The position numbers and the translations under genes were made by a program. A stretch of DNA of 64,000 nt from Squalus acanthias (taxonomy: Eukaryota), in the NCBI GenBank assembly GCA_030390025.1, contig CM059438.1, forward strand, positions 60,452,001 to 60,516,000. The letters run 5' to 3'. The notes below the pieces were generated by a model that worked only from the letters and a program-made list of their open reading frames with translations, ran no database searches and was not told the DNA's origin. Shown piece by piece: positions 12,658 through 24,679 of this stretch. The stretch's first letter is position 1, and each line of letters starts with the position of its first letter.

Positions 12658-15063
12658 ATTCAATTAGAGGGTGAGAAGGTTGGATCTCAAACAAGCGTGC
12701 TAAGCTTGAATAAAGGAGACTATGAAGGTATGCGAGCGGAATTGAGTAGAGTGGATTGGGAAAATAGATTAAAGGGTAAGACGACACATGATCAGTGGTG
12801 TACATTCAAGGAGTTATTTTACAACTTCCAAAAAAAATATATTCCACTGAAAAGAAAAGGGTGTAAAAGAAAGGACAGTCATCCGTGGCTAAGTAAAGAA
12901 ATTAAGGATAGTATTCGACTAAAAACAAGGGCATATAAGGTAGCGAAATCTAGTGGGAGGACAGAGGATTGGGAAAACTTTAAAAGGCAGCAAAAAATAA
13001 CAAAAAGATTGATTAAGAAAGGGAAGATAGATTATGAAAGTAAATTAGCAAAAAATATAAAAACAGATAGTAAGAGTTTTTATAGTTATATAAAAAGAAA
13101 AAGGGTGGCTAAAGTAAATGTTGGTCCCTTAGAGGATGAGACCGGGAAATTAATGGTGGGAAATATGGAGATGGCAAAAACACTGAATGAATATTTTGTA
13201 TCAGTCTTTACAGTAGAGGACACTAAGAATATCCCAACACTGGACAAACAGGGGGCTATAGGGGGAGAGGAGCTAAACACGATCAAAATCACTAAGGAAG
13301 TGGTACTCGGTAAAATAATGGGACTCAAGGCGGATAAATCACCTGGACCTGATGGCTTACATCCTAGAGTCTTGAAGGAAGTGGCGGTAGGGATTGTAGA
13401 TGCATTGGTAATAATTTTTCAAAACTCCCTGGATTCCGCTAAGGTCCCGGCAGACTGGAAAACTGCTAATGTAACACCCTTATTTAAAAAGGGCAGTAGA
13501 CAGAAGGCTGGTAACTATAGACCGGTTAGCCTAACATCTGTGGTAGGTAAAATTTTGGAGTCCATTATTAAGGAAACAGTAACAGGACATTTGGATAATC
13601 ATAATTTAATAGGACAAAGTCAGCATGGTTTTACGAAGGGGAAGTCATGTTTGACAAATTTGCTGGAGTTCTTTGAGGAAGTAACATATAGAGTGGATAA
13701 AGGGGAACCAGTGGACGTAGTGTATTTAGACTTCCAAAAGGCATTTGACAAGGTGCCACACAAAAGATTATTGCTTAAGGTAAAAAATCACGGGATTGGG
13801 GGTAATATTCTGGCATGGATAGAGGATTGGCTATCCAACAGAAAGCAAAGAGTTGGGATAAATGGTTCATTCTCAGACTGGCAATCAGTAACTAGTGGTG
13901 TTCCACAGGGGTCAGTGCTGGGTCCCCAACTCTTTACAATCTATATTAACGATTTGGAGGAAGGGACCAAGTGTAACATATCAAAATTTGCAGATGATAC
14001 AAAGATGGGAGGGAAAGTAGTGAGTGAGGAGGACATAAAAAACCTGCAAGGGGACATAGACAGGCTAAGTAAGTGGGCAGAGATTTGGCAGATGGAATAC
14101 AACACTGGAAAGTGTGAGGTGATGCACTTTGGCAGGAAAAATCCTAGAGCAATTTATTATCTTAATGGCAAGAAACTGGAGAGTACTGAAGTGCAAAGGG
14201 ATCTGGGGGTCCTGGTGCACGAAACTCAAAAGGTTAGTATGCAGGTGCAGCAAGTGATTAAGAAGGCAAATGGAATGTTGGCTTTCATTGCTAGGGGGAT
14301 AGAATATAAAAATAGGGAGGTATTGCTTCAGTTGTACAAGGTATTGGTGAGACCGCACCTGGAATACTGCATACAGTTTTGGTGTCCTTACTTAAGGAAA
14401 GACATCCTTGCTCTCGAGGCAGTGCAAAAAAGGTTCACTCGGTTAATCCCGGGGATGAGGGGGTGGTCATATGAGGAGAGGTTGGGTAGATTGGGACTCT
14501 ACTCATTGGAGTTCAGAAGAATGAGAGGCGATCTTATTGAAACATATAAGATTGTGAAGGGGTTGGATCGGGTGGATGCGGGGAGGATGTTCCCGATGAC
14601 GGGTGAGACGAGAACTAGGGGACATAGTCTTAGAATAAGGGGCTGCTCTTTCAAAACTGAGATGAGGAGGAACTACTTCACTCAGAGGGTGGTAGGTCCA
14701 TGGAATATGCTGCCACAAAAAGCTGTAGAAGCTACAACATTAATTAAATTTAAAACAGAAATAGACAGTTTCCTAGAAGTAAAGGGCATTAAGGGTTACG
14801 GGGAGCGGGCAGGAATTTGGACATGAGTCTAGGTTCGGATCGGTCATGGCCCTGTGGGTAGTGGAGCGGGCCCAGGGACTGTGTAGCCTGATTCTGCTCC
14901 TATTTCGTGTGTGCAATTCTGTTAGATGCAGGAGATGGTTCTGTGATAGATAGTAGATTGGCGGTTAGGATCAGATCAGCCATGATCTTATTGAATGGCG
15001 GAGCAGGCTCGAGGGGCCGATTGGCCTACTCCTGCTCCTATTTCTTATGTTCTTATGTTCTTA
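12658..15063 (+). mobile_element. Young 5'-truncated CR1 with uninterrupted RT reading frame
   Basis: 709-codon open frame 12697-14826 with all RT motifs (QHGF, DFQKAFD, PQGSVLGP, FADD); no endonuclease domain; (TTCTTATG)n tail at about 15042-15063. Confidence 0.96.
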
Positions 15064-15496
15064 TAATAAATTTCTCCCCCACGGATTTTTAATTTAATGC
15101 ATTGACGGACAGGGAGCCAATGTATGTCAATGAGGACAGGGGTGACTAATAAATAGGACTTAGTGCAGAACAGGAGGTGTGCAGTAGAGGTTTGGACAGG
15201 TTGGAGCTGGTGGAGGTTTGAAGATGCAAGGCCTTAAATGAGAGCTTTAGCATAGTCAATGCTGGTGGTGACAAAGGGTTTCAGTGATGAAGAAGCTGAG
15301 GTAGAGGCAGATGTGGGCAGTATTACAGAGGTGATAGTGAGCAATCTCGGTGATGGATTGGATATGAGGTTTAAATCTAAGCTGAGGGGCAAACAGAACA
15401 CCAAGGCTGGGAATGGTCTGGTTCAGTCTAAGACACAGGGAGGTGGATGGCGTCAATAGTAAGAGAGTGGAGTTTGTGGCAGGGGCCAAAGATGAT

Positions 15497-16254
15497 GGCC
15501 CAGAAATTCCGTTCGCAGCCCTCCCGCGGGCGGAGGACTGCGATCCAGAAAGATCTGTGCCTGGACCTGAGGGCTCCCGGGACGCGCAGAATTCCGTTGC
15601 TGTGCCTCTTCAAACTGCCGGTGTGCAGGGCACGCGTATCCCAGTGGCGCAGGCGGATCGCAGCGTCCCTGGGATCACGTGGGCTATGGGGAGCCAATCA
15701 GAGCAGGGAATCTCCATTCATAGATTTGACAGGAAGACCTGTCAAATCTATGAATAGAGATCAGCCCCAAAACATAAGTAAAACTTCAAATAAATTTAAA
15801 AAAAACATCACATTTTTAAAATGACTATAAATTACATAAATTAACTATTTTAAACAAAAATTTAAATCTTTGAAAAAAATAATTAAAGTTTTTAACGGGG
15901 CTAAAAATAAACTTACCTTTCTTTAAAGTATTTTAAAATGATAAATCAGTGGAAATTTTTTTTTTTAAATTTCTTAAACTATTAGCCTGCTAAAAGCAGG
16001 CCTTGCGCCTGCTTTTCTAGGCGCAGCTGTTCCTGACTTACCTGGACTCAAGCCAGTGTGGAAAAAAACGGAAGTTTCTAACGTACGCGCTGTCTATCCG
16101 GCGCAGGCGTTTGTCCAGTCAAGCCCCTTCTTCACAGAACGGAAGTTCCGGTTTCCAGCGCATGCGCAGTGCATGTGTAAAACCGGCACTTCCGTTGGCC
16201 CTACGGGTGAGTACACAGCGCGTACACACCCGTAGGGAACGGAATTTCTAGGCC
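15497..16254. mobile_element. 758-bp Harbinger-type MITE
   Basis: 18-bp TIR with one mismatch GGCCCAGAAATTCCGTTC / GAACGGAATTTCTAGGCC; GC-rich arms and AT-rich core; homologous to 40568-41050, 47905-48565 and 56520-57259. Confidence 0.9.
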
Positions 16255-17893
16255 AATGTCTTCCTGATGTTGAGTTGGAGGAATTTATGACTCATCCCAA
16301 ACTAGACGTCAGACTAGTAGTGTAGCTGCATGGAGACAGTCGAGGGTCAAGGGAGGGTTGTGGAGATGTAGAGCGGGGTGGCATCAGCATCTATGTGAAA
16401 ACTGCCCCTGTGTCTGTGGGTGATGTTGCTAAGGGTCAACATGTGATTGAGGTAGAGGAAGGGCCCAAGGATAGATCCTGGGGATATTCCAGGGATGACA
16501 GTGCAGCGAGGGAAGAGAAGCCATTGCTGGAGATTGACTGGCTATATTTGAATAGGTAGGAATAGAAGCATGCAAGGGCAGGCCCACGGAACTTGGTGAT
16601 GGAGGAGAGGCGTTGGACGAGCATGACGTGGTCAACTGTATCAAACACTGCTGGAACATCAGGAAGGACGAGGAAGGATAAGCTCATAGGCTCTAGATCA
16701 TCAAACACAAACATGACTGCAACAAAAAAAACTGATTAGTTTAGATTGTAGAAGTTTCTGGACACATCTCTGGAAAAACAGCTCCAAAACCAAAGAGGTG
16801 ACTGACTCGAACTGTAATTTTTTGTCAATATTCCCCTGACCCCCATCGAAGGAATTGACTCCTGGCTGGGGTATGGTTCCAATGTCAGTTGCCCTCCAGT
16901 ACCTACCCAGCCATGATCTCATTAATTGGCGGAGCAGGCTCGAGGGGCCGAATGGCCTACTCCTGCTCCTATCTTCTATGTTTCTATGTGACCATTCTTC
17001 CTATGTGAGTTTAGACCGTGAGTGCCAGCTGGCTGTTCAACTTTAGGGGACGCCCCGGCTGAACCCGATCTCTTCGCCCGACAGTCGTGTAAGTTCACTC
17101 CTAGCAGGGTTCACTGGGTAGTGATGAGGCTAGGAATCCCTCCGCCCGCCCGCCCAGGAACACTCGAGTGCAATAGTAGTGCCCCTAGCGCCAGCTCACC
17201 TGAGATCAGCTAAGTTAGCACAGAGCAGGGATCAAGCCTGTCTGGCTCAGCTTTCACTGGATAAACTTCCTGAACCATGGGAGGATACACTATTTACAAT
17301 TATGTGCAATGTAAATACCCATATTTAAATTATGAAATATAAGAACTGTAAAACGTGACATTGACGATAACAAGAATTGAGAATCGAGGACATACCACCT
17401 TGTATCTGAGACCATGGTGTACAGGAGAATATTAATGAGCTTGGAGATACATATGATATGTATACACAATAAATATATCACATTCTTTCCTTAACTCCCA
17501 GGATTATACTGAACTAATATGAGGTTTGATTCTTGAGTTGAAGTCGGATAAATATCAGCATTATATTTTTTTCAGAAAGTGACACAAAGGAATCAGCCTG
17601 AACACTAACGCTATATAGCCAGTTTGAGTGCACATGTGTATGTTGGCACATCTCTTGGTAACAGAGCTGGGACAGCATCCCTGTGTTTTTAAATAATTTT
17701 TCCACTGAGAAATCGATGCTGGAGCAGTAGCACACAGCTCCCTCGACAAGCTGCTCACTGCAGCAAACGGCAAATGTTGTAGCTCAGGCCCGTTTCTCGT
17801 AATTCTGCTCAATTGTTGCATTCATACTATAGACCCTGTCGGTTTTACTTACACTTTGTTAACGAATGTTGATGTTTTGCACATGCATGCAGT

Positions 17894-20226
17894 CAGGTTG
17901 AGTCTGTGTCTATCGGTTTAATAGCCCAGGGACAGGGTGAGTCAGGGTCTATCGGTTTAATAGCCCAGGGACAGGGTGAGTCGGGGTCCATCAGTTTAAT
18001 AGCCCAGGGACAGGGTGAGTCGGGGTCTATCAGTTTAATAGCAGATAGACAGGGTGAGTCGGGCTCTATCGGTTTAATAGCAGATAGACAGGGTGAGTCG
18101 GGGTCTATCGGTTTAATAGCCCAGGGACAGGGTGAGTCGGGGTCCATCAGTTTAATAGCCCAGGGACAGGGTGAGTCGGGGTCTATCAGTTTAATAGCAG
18201 ATAGACAGGGTGAGTCGGGCTCTATCGGTTTAATAGCAGATAGACAGGGTGAGTCGGGGTCTATCGGTTTAATAGCCCAGGGACAGGGTGAGTCGGGGTC
18301 CATCAGTTTAATAGCCCAGGGACAGGGTGAGTCGGGGTCTATCAGTTTAATAGCAGATAGACAGGGTGAGTCGGGCTCTATCGGTTTAATAGCAGATAGA
18401 CAGGGTGAGTCGGGGTCTATCGGTTTAATAGCCCAAGGACAGGGTGAGTCGGGGTCCATCAGTTTAATAGCCCAGGGACAGGGTGAGTCGGGGTCTATCG
18501 GTTTAATAGCCCAGGGACAGGGTGAGTCAGGGTCTATCGGTTTAATAGCCCAGGGACAGGGTGAGTCGGGGTCTGTCGGTTTAATAGCCCAGAGACAGGG
18601 TGAGTCGGGGTCTATCGGTTTCATAGCACAGAGACAGGGTGAGTCACGGTCTATCGGTTTAATAGCCCAGGGACAGGGTGAGTCGGGGTCTATCGGTTTA
18701 ATAGCCCAGAGACAGGGTGAGTCGGGGTCTATCGGTTTAATAGCCCAGAGACAGGATGAGTCGGGGTCTATCGGTTTAATAGCCCAGGGACAGGGTGAGT
18801 CGGGGTCTATCGGTTTAATAGCCCAGGGACAGGGTGAGTCGGGGTCTATCGGTTTAATAGCCCAGGGACAGGGTGAGTCGGGGTCTATCGGTTAAATAGC
18901 CCAGAGACAGGGTGAGTCGGGATCTATCGGTTTCATAGCCCAGGGACAGGGTGAGTCGGGATCTATCGGTTTAATAGCAGATAGACAGGGTGAGTCAGGG
19001 TCTATCGGTTTAATAGCCCAGAGACAGGGTGAGTCGGGGTCTATCGGTTTAATAGCAGATAGACAGGGTGAGTCAGGGTCTATCGGTTTAATAGCCCAGG
19101 GACAGGGTGAGTCGGGATCTATCGGTTTCATAGCCCAGCGACAGGGTGAGTCGGGATCTATCGGTTTAATAGCAGATAGACAGGGTGAGTCAGGGTCTAT
19201 CGGTTTAATAGCCCAGAGACAGGGTGAGTCGGGATCTATCGGTTTAATAGCAGATAGACAGGGTGAGTCAGGGTCTATCGGTTTAATAGCAGATAGACAG
19301 AGTGCGTCGGGGTCTATCGGTTTAATAGCCCAGGGACAGGGTGAGTCGGGGTCTATCAGTTTAATAGCCCAGGGACAGGGTGAGTCGGGGTCTATCAGTT
19401 TAATAGCCCAGAGACAGGGTGAGTCGGGGTCTATCGGTTTAATAGCCCAGAGACAGGGTGAGTCGGGGTCTATCGGTTTAATAGCAGATAGACAGGGTGA
19501 GTCGGGGTCTATCGGTTTAATAGCCCAGGGACAGGGTGAGTCAGGGTCTATCGGTTTAATAGCCCAGGGACAGGGTGAGTCGGGGTGTATCGGTTTCATA
19601 GCCCAGAGACAGGGTGAGTCGGGGTCTATCGGTTTAATAGCAGATAGACAGGGTGCGTCGGGGTCTATCGGTTTAATAGCACAGGGACAGGGTGAGTCGG
19701 GGTCTATCGGTTTAATAGCACAGTGACAGGGTGAGTCGGGGTCTATCGGTTTAATAGCCCAGAGACAGGGCGAGTCGGGGTCTATCGGTTTAATAGCCCA
19801 GGGACAGGGTGAGTCGGGGTCTATCGGTTTAATAGCCCAGGGACAGGGTGAGTCGGGGTCTATCGGTTTAATAGCCCAGGGACAGGGTGAGTCGGGGTCT
19901 ATCGGTTTAATAGCCCATGGACAGGATGAGCCGGGGTCTATCGGTTTAATAGCCCAGGGACAGGGTGAGTCGAGGTCTATCGGTTTAATGGGACAGGGTG
20001 AGTCGGGGTCTATCGGTTTAATAGCCCAGGGACAGGGTGAGTTGGGGTCTATCGGTTTAATATCCCAGAGACAGGGTGAGTCGAGGTCTATCGGTTTAAT
20101 GGGACAGGGTGAGTTGGGGTCTATCGGTTTAATAGCCCAGGGACAGGGTGAGTTGGGGTCTATCGGTTTAATATCCCAGAGACAGGGTGAGTCGGGGTTT
20201 ATCGGTTTAATAGCCCAGGGACAGGG
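17894..20226. repeat. 39-bp tandem array, left arm (about 60 units)
   Basis: Unit AGCCCAGGGACAGGGTGAGTCGGGGTCTATCGGTTTAAT with variants AGCAGATAGAC… and AGCCCAGAGAC…. Confidence 0.98.
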
Positions 20227-21860
20227 TGTAAGGTTTCCAAAATTTGCAGATCCCCAAAAACCTAAGGAAAAAGGACTTTGGAACTACCTCAGAGTGATTA
20301 AATGCATTTGGGCCTAACCTAAGGAATTTAAGACCAAAAACCAAGTTTTGGCATTTTAAAACTATGTCTGGGCCTGTAAAGGGACAAGGAGGTGGATTCG
20401 ACCTCTGTAAAAGCAGTTTGGCTATTGCAGTTAATTACACTGGCTGGGGAACCGTGATGACCTCACTCAAGCCCCAGCAGACTTTAACATTTGAACAATA
20501 GACCCAGCGGAAGAGCAGTCCCACCCAAAATACAGGCCCCATCAAAACCGATTACAGGGCTCATCAGAAACATGCATAATAAAACCCACTCAGGACCATT
20601 CTATAGAAAGACTGAGTCCAGCCTAGAAACCCAAACACGAAATCAATCACCAGTGATCAACCAAGGAGATCGACAGGATGCAAGCCATCCCAAAAGCCAT
20701 TTGACACTTACAGAGCAGTTACTGGTAACAGGTCCGCCAAAATCAGACAATGAACTGAGCAGATTTGGCGGGTAGATAAGGCCATGTTCAATGGGTGAGA
20801 TTGAAGGCCTGTTAAAAAACCAGTTAACACGCTAGTAAGTCGTTACCAATTAACGAGCCCGCCAAAACAAGACAATGAACTAAGTAGATTTGGCAGGTAG
20901 ATAAGGCCACTTCAATTCCGTATAATTGAAGGCCCGTTAAGCAGTTCAGTGTGGTCATCAGAAGAAGAAGAAACAAGGAAGAAGACAAACCGAGCTGGAA
21001 GCGAGTCGGCATCGCTCACCACTCAGACACACCTGAGTCCAGCTCGTGAAGATACCACCTCGACGGACCTCCAACAACGGTCCCAACACAGTCACCCGGA
21101 GCAACAAGCAGCAACAAGTCACCGATGGCTCCACAAGGTCGACCAACATACTAGACAAGGCCTAAAACCATCGCGGAAACCAAAGGCCTCAAGAAACCAA
21201 CAACCGCATATTACCCCCAACTGACTGGGTAATAGCAGGCCACCGCGACCAACAAAGACCAATTCAAGGGAAGAAAAACCCGAAGAACCGCAAAGTTTCC
21301 ACTCTACAATCTACTCCTGACTTACCCCTGGGTAAGATTTTCCCCAAAGACTAAACCCTACTGCTAAACCAAAGAAATTGGGTACTCACCAGATAGATCC
21401 AAAACGACATCCTACCGCATCAGCGGACTCGCGAAGACTGGCCAGATACACAGGTGAAGTCCTCTACCGCGTGCGGGGTATGGCAGACACTAACCGCCAT
21501 AAACAGCGAACCCCAAAACCGCGATTTAGCCCAACTGTCAAAGGATTGGTGAGCATTATCCCTGGTCCTTCAAAACCTAACTTAACTAGTAAAGAGGGGT
21601 TGGGAGGGGTGAAGTATTGTTCTGCTGTCATTTCCCTCGCTTGTACCGAAGTGTTCCCCACCTTTAGTGTATTAAGAGTGTTGTTATTTGTGTCTTACCT
21701 TTTTAATAAAGATTGAAGTTCTTTTCATCAAACTCAGTTGTCTGCTGCACCTTTTATCACAACCCCCAAATAAGTCCAAGGTCTAGAACCAAGGGAGTGG
21801 GAGCGATTCGAACCGTTCAGAGGTCAGAGGTGAAGCTGACACAAAACACCACCCCCTACA
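20227..21860 (+). mobile_element. Solo LTR (1634 bp), Gypsy- or ERV-type
   Basis: TGTAAGG…CCCTACA termini; 4-bp TSD AGGG at 20223-20226 and 21861-21864; AATAAA at about 21705; no recognisable coding; tandem unit resumes in register. Confidence 0.85.
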
Positions 21861-22833
21861 AGGGTGAGTCGGGGTCTATCGGTTTAATAGCCCAGAGACA
21901 GGGTGAGTCGGGGTCTATCAGTTTAATGGCCATGGGACAGGGTGAGTCGGGGTCTATCGGTTTAATAGCCCAGGGACAGGGTGAGTCGGGATCTATCGGT
22001 TTAATAGCCCAGGGACAGGTTGAGTCGGGGTCTATCGGTTTAATAGCCCAGGGACAGGGTGAGTTGGGGTCTATCGGTTTAATAGCAGATAGACCCCAAC
22101 TCACCCTGTCTATCGGTTTAATAGCCCAGGGACAGGGTGAGTCAGGGTCTATCGGTTTAATAGCCCAGCGACAGGGTGAGTCAGGGTCTATCGGTTTAAT
22201 AGCCCAGGGACAGTGTGAGTCGGGGTCTATCGGTTTAATAGCAGATAGACAGGGTGAGTCGGGGCCTCTCGGTTTAATAGCCCAGAGACAGGGTGAGTCG
22301 GGGTCTATCGGTTTAATAGCCCAGAGACAGGGTGAGTCGGGGTCTATCGGTTTAATAGCAGATAGACAGGGTGAGTTGGGGTCTATCGGTTTAATAGCCC
22401 AGAGACAGGGTGAGTCGGGGTCTATCGGTTTAATAGCAGATAGACAGGGTGAGTTGGGGTCTATCGGTTTAATAGCCCAGAGACAGGGTGAGTCGGGGTC
22501 TATCGGTTTAATAGCCCAGGGACAGGGTGAGTCGAGGTCTATCGGTTTAATAGCCCAGGGACAGGGTGAGTCGGGGTCTATCGGTTTCATAGCACAGGGA
22601 CAGGGTGAGTCGGGGTCTATCGGTTTAATAGCCCAGGGACCCGGTGAGTCGGGTCTATCGGTTTAATAGCACAGGGACAGGGTGAGTCGGGGTCTATCGG
22701 TTTAATAGCAGATAGACAGGGTGAGTTGGGGTCTATCGGTTTAATAGCACAGGGACAGGGTGAGTCGGGGTCTATCGGTTTAATAGCAGATAGACAGGGT
22801 GAGTCGGGGTCTATCGGTTTAATAGCACAGTGA
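21861..22833. repeat. 39-bp tandem array, right arm (about 25 units)
   Basis: Same unit as 17894-20226. Confidence 0.98.
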
Positions 22834-23127
22834 CACCTCTTCATTACTGGCCTCCTTACCCCCGTACCCCGGCCCGTGTCGCACAGTTTTCCCCAGCTGA
22901 GAGGACACACAGGGCCATCTTCTCTTCCTATCTTCTATGTTTCTCCTTACCATCTACAAATGCTACTGGTAGTTTATCACCAGGAGGTGTGCAGCAGACC
23001 TAGGTACACGCCTTTCTTTGAGGAGACCTTTGTCTGTATACTCGCTCACCACCTCGGGCGTTAAGATTGTAACTGTGAACAATCATTGTCTCACTCTGTA
23101 GTGCAATGCATTGGGACGTCTTTGGGC

Positions 23128-23250
23128 TTTACATTGTTTCCCACATTACAACAGTGACTACACTCCAAAAGTACTTCATTGGCTGTAAAGTGCTTTGAGA
23201 CGTCCGGTGGGTCGTGAAAGACGCTATAGAAATGCAAGTCCTTCTTCTTT
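23128..23250 (+). mobile_element. SINE 3' tail fragment
   Basis: TTTCCCACATTACAACAGTGACTACAC…GCTATAGAAATGCAAGTC matches the tail of the full copies. Confidence 0.8.
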
Positions 23251-23984
23251 ATTCTAGTGTGTCACTGAACAGGTTACAGTGGAAATATAAACATAATGAC
23301 AAAGTATTACCCTCAGGAGTGAGCAGCAGCAACATGTGTGCAGACAATGGACCACCCATTCCCAGCTCAGCAAGTCTAGACATGTCCGCAGACTCAGCAT
23401 GAATCGGCACATTCTCACACCAGTAACCATCGAGCGTTTGTTTTTAAAACAACGCCCTCTTCACTCATTCTGACTTCTTTCAGAGCTGCCAAAAATACCG
23501 TTGCTACCTTATGCAAATTATCAGGGCATTAAGTGTTATTTCTGGAACAATGTTGGTCAGCCTTTCTCCGAGAAAGGCCGTAACGAATGAACACAAATCC
23601 CAGTGTGTGATATTACAACATCCATCTAAGATACAGCCACAAGTGATCACTGATCAGCCTGTTGTCACAACACACTTCCTTGCTTGCTTGTAATTAGTAT
23701 GGTGGAATTCCTTCCGTAATACAATTCCTGTGTGCAGGCCTGCTCCATTCTACTGTTATTTTAATGAGAACCCCAGGTAAAGGCCAAGGCCCATAGTGCA
23801 GGACATCACCAAGGTTGAAAAAATTAAGAGAGAAGACAAGATCAATGAGTAGTGATTAGACAAAACATGAGTTTGGGCTTTAAAAGCCTGTAGATTGTAG
23901 GAGGAGGGAAACACTGAGGGACATCGTTTTGAAGTCCTAGGATAAGTGAGTTAGAGTAGGAAACACTACAATGAGCACAAAAAT

Positions 23985-24510
23985 AAAGAAGATATGCTAA
24001 ATCTTTATAAAATCACTGGTTAGGCCCCAGCTGGAGTATTCTGTCCAATTCTGGGCACCACACTATAGGAAGGATGTCAGGGTGTTTGAGAGGGAGCAGT
24101 GGAGATTTACTAGAATGGTACCAGGGATGAGGCACGTCCATTCTGTGGAGGAGACTAGAGAAGCTGGGATTGTTCTCCTTAGAGCAGAGAAGGTTAAGGG
24201 GAGATTTAATAGATGTGTTCAAAATTATGAAGGATTCTGAAGGAGTAGATGGGGAGAAACTTTCCACTGGCAGGAGGTTGATAACCAGAGGACACAGATT
24301 TAAGATAATTGTCAAAGGGAATTGGATAAATACTTGAAAAGGAAAAATTTGCAGAGCTATGGGGAAAGAGCAAAGGAGTGGGACTAATTGAATAGCTCTT
24401 CCATAGAGCCAGCACAGGCATGATGGACCTAATGGCCACCTTCTGTACATAAGATTACATAGGATATACGGCACAGAAACAGGCCATTTGGCCCAACCAG
24501 TCCATGCCGA
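23985..24510 (+). mobile_element. CR1 3' fragment, abutting an opposite-strand CR1 tail
   Basis: LYKSLVRPQLEY-like coding, RRLRGDLI, CR1 tail; a minus-strand tail at about 24450-24510. Confidence 0.85.
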
Positions 24511-24679
24511 TTGAGTCTTGATTTCAACATCAAGAGTATTTATTTGAGGCTTTGAAGGGTCAAGAGTTCCCCAAGTATGGGAGCAGTATTCAAATCTCAG
24601 ATGGACTTTATTGAGGGCTGAGAGTTGTTAAGGAAAAAGAATTGTTTGGCACAAAAGAGGAAACTGCGCTTGACACAGA

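Larger units (their letters stand above)
8881..15080 (+). mobile_element. Full-length PIF/Harbinger DNA transposon (transposase + Myb/SANT-like gene), with a CR1 inserted near its right end
   Basis: Imperfect TIRs GGGGAATTAATT / AATTTCTCCCCC; 3-bp TSD ACG at 8878-8880 and 15081-15083; host L2 resumes in register; two convergent genes; clustered TTAGCGCC-like subterminal motifs at both ends. Confidence 0.92.
8590..16705 (-). mobile_element. Old L2 LINE, split into three pieces (8590-8877, 15084-15496, 16255-16705) by the Harbinger and a MITE
   Basis: The joined pieces align collinearly to the reverse complement of the L2 at 38653-39933, e.g. GGCCATGGAGAGATTTAAAGAC|ACG|GATTTTTAATT…GGGAGCCAATGTA; remnants AVFDTVDH, PQDLSLGP, LWNSIPKSLR. 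Confidence 0.85.

Noticed and set aside
17893..22910. Long repetitive ORFs (GSIGLIAQGQGES)n and (WAIKPIDPDSPCP)n
   Set aside because: Expected by-product of a 39-bp (3n) unit lacking stops in one frame per strand. Interrupted by a stop (18893), an LTR and indels; no unique flanking coding sequence.
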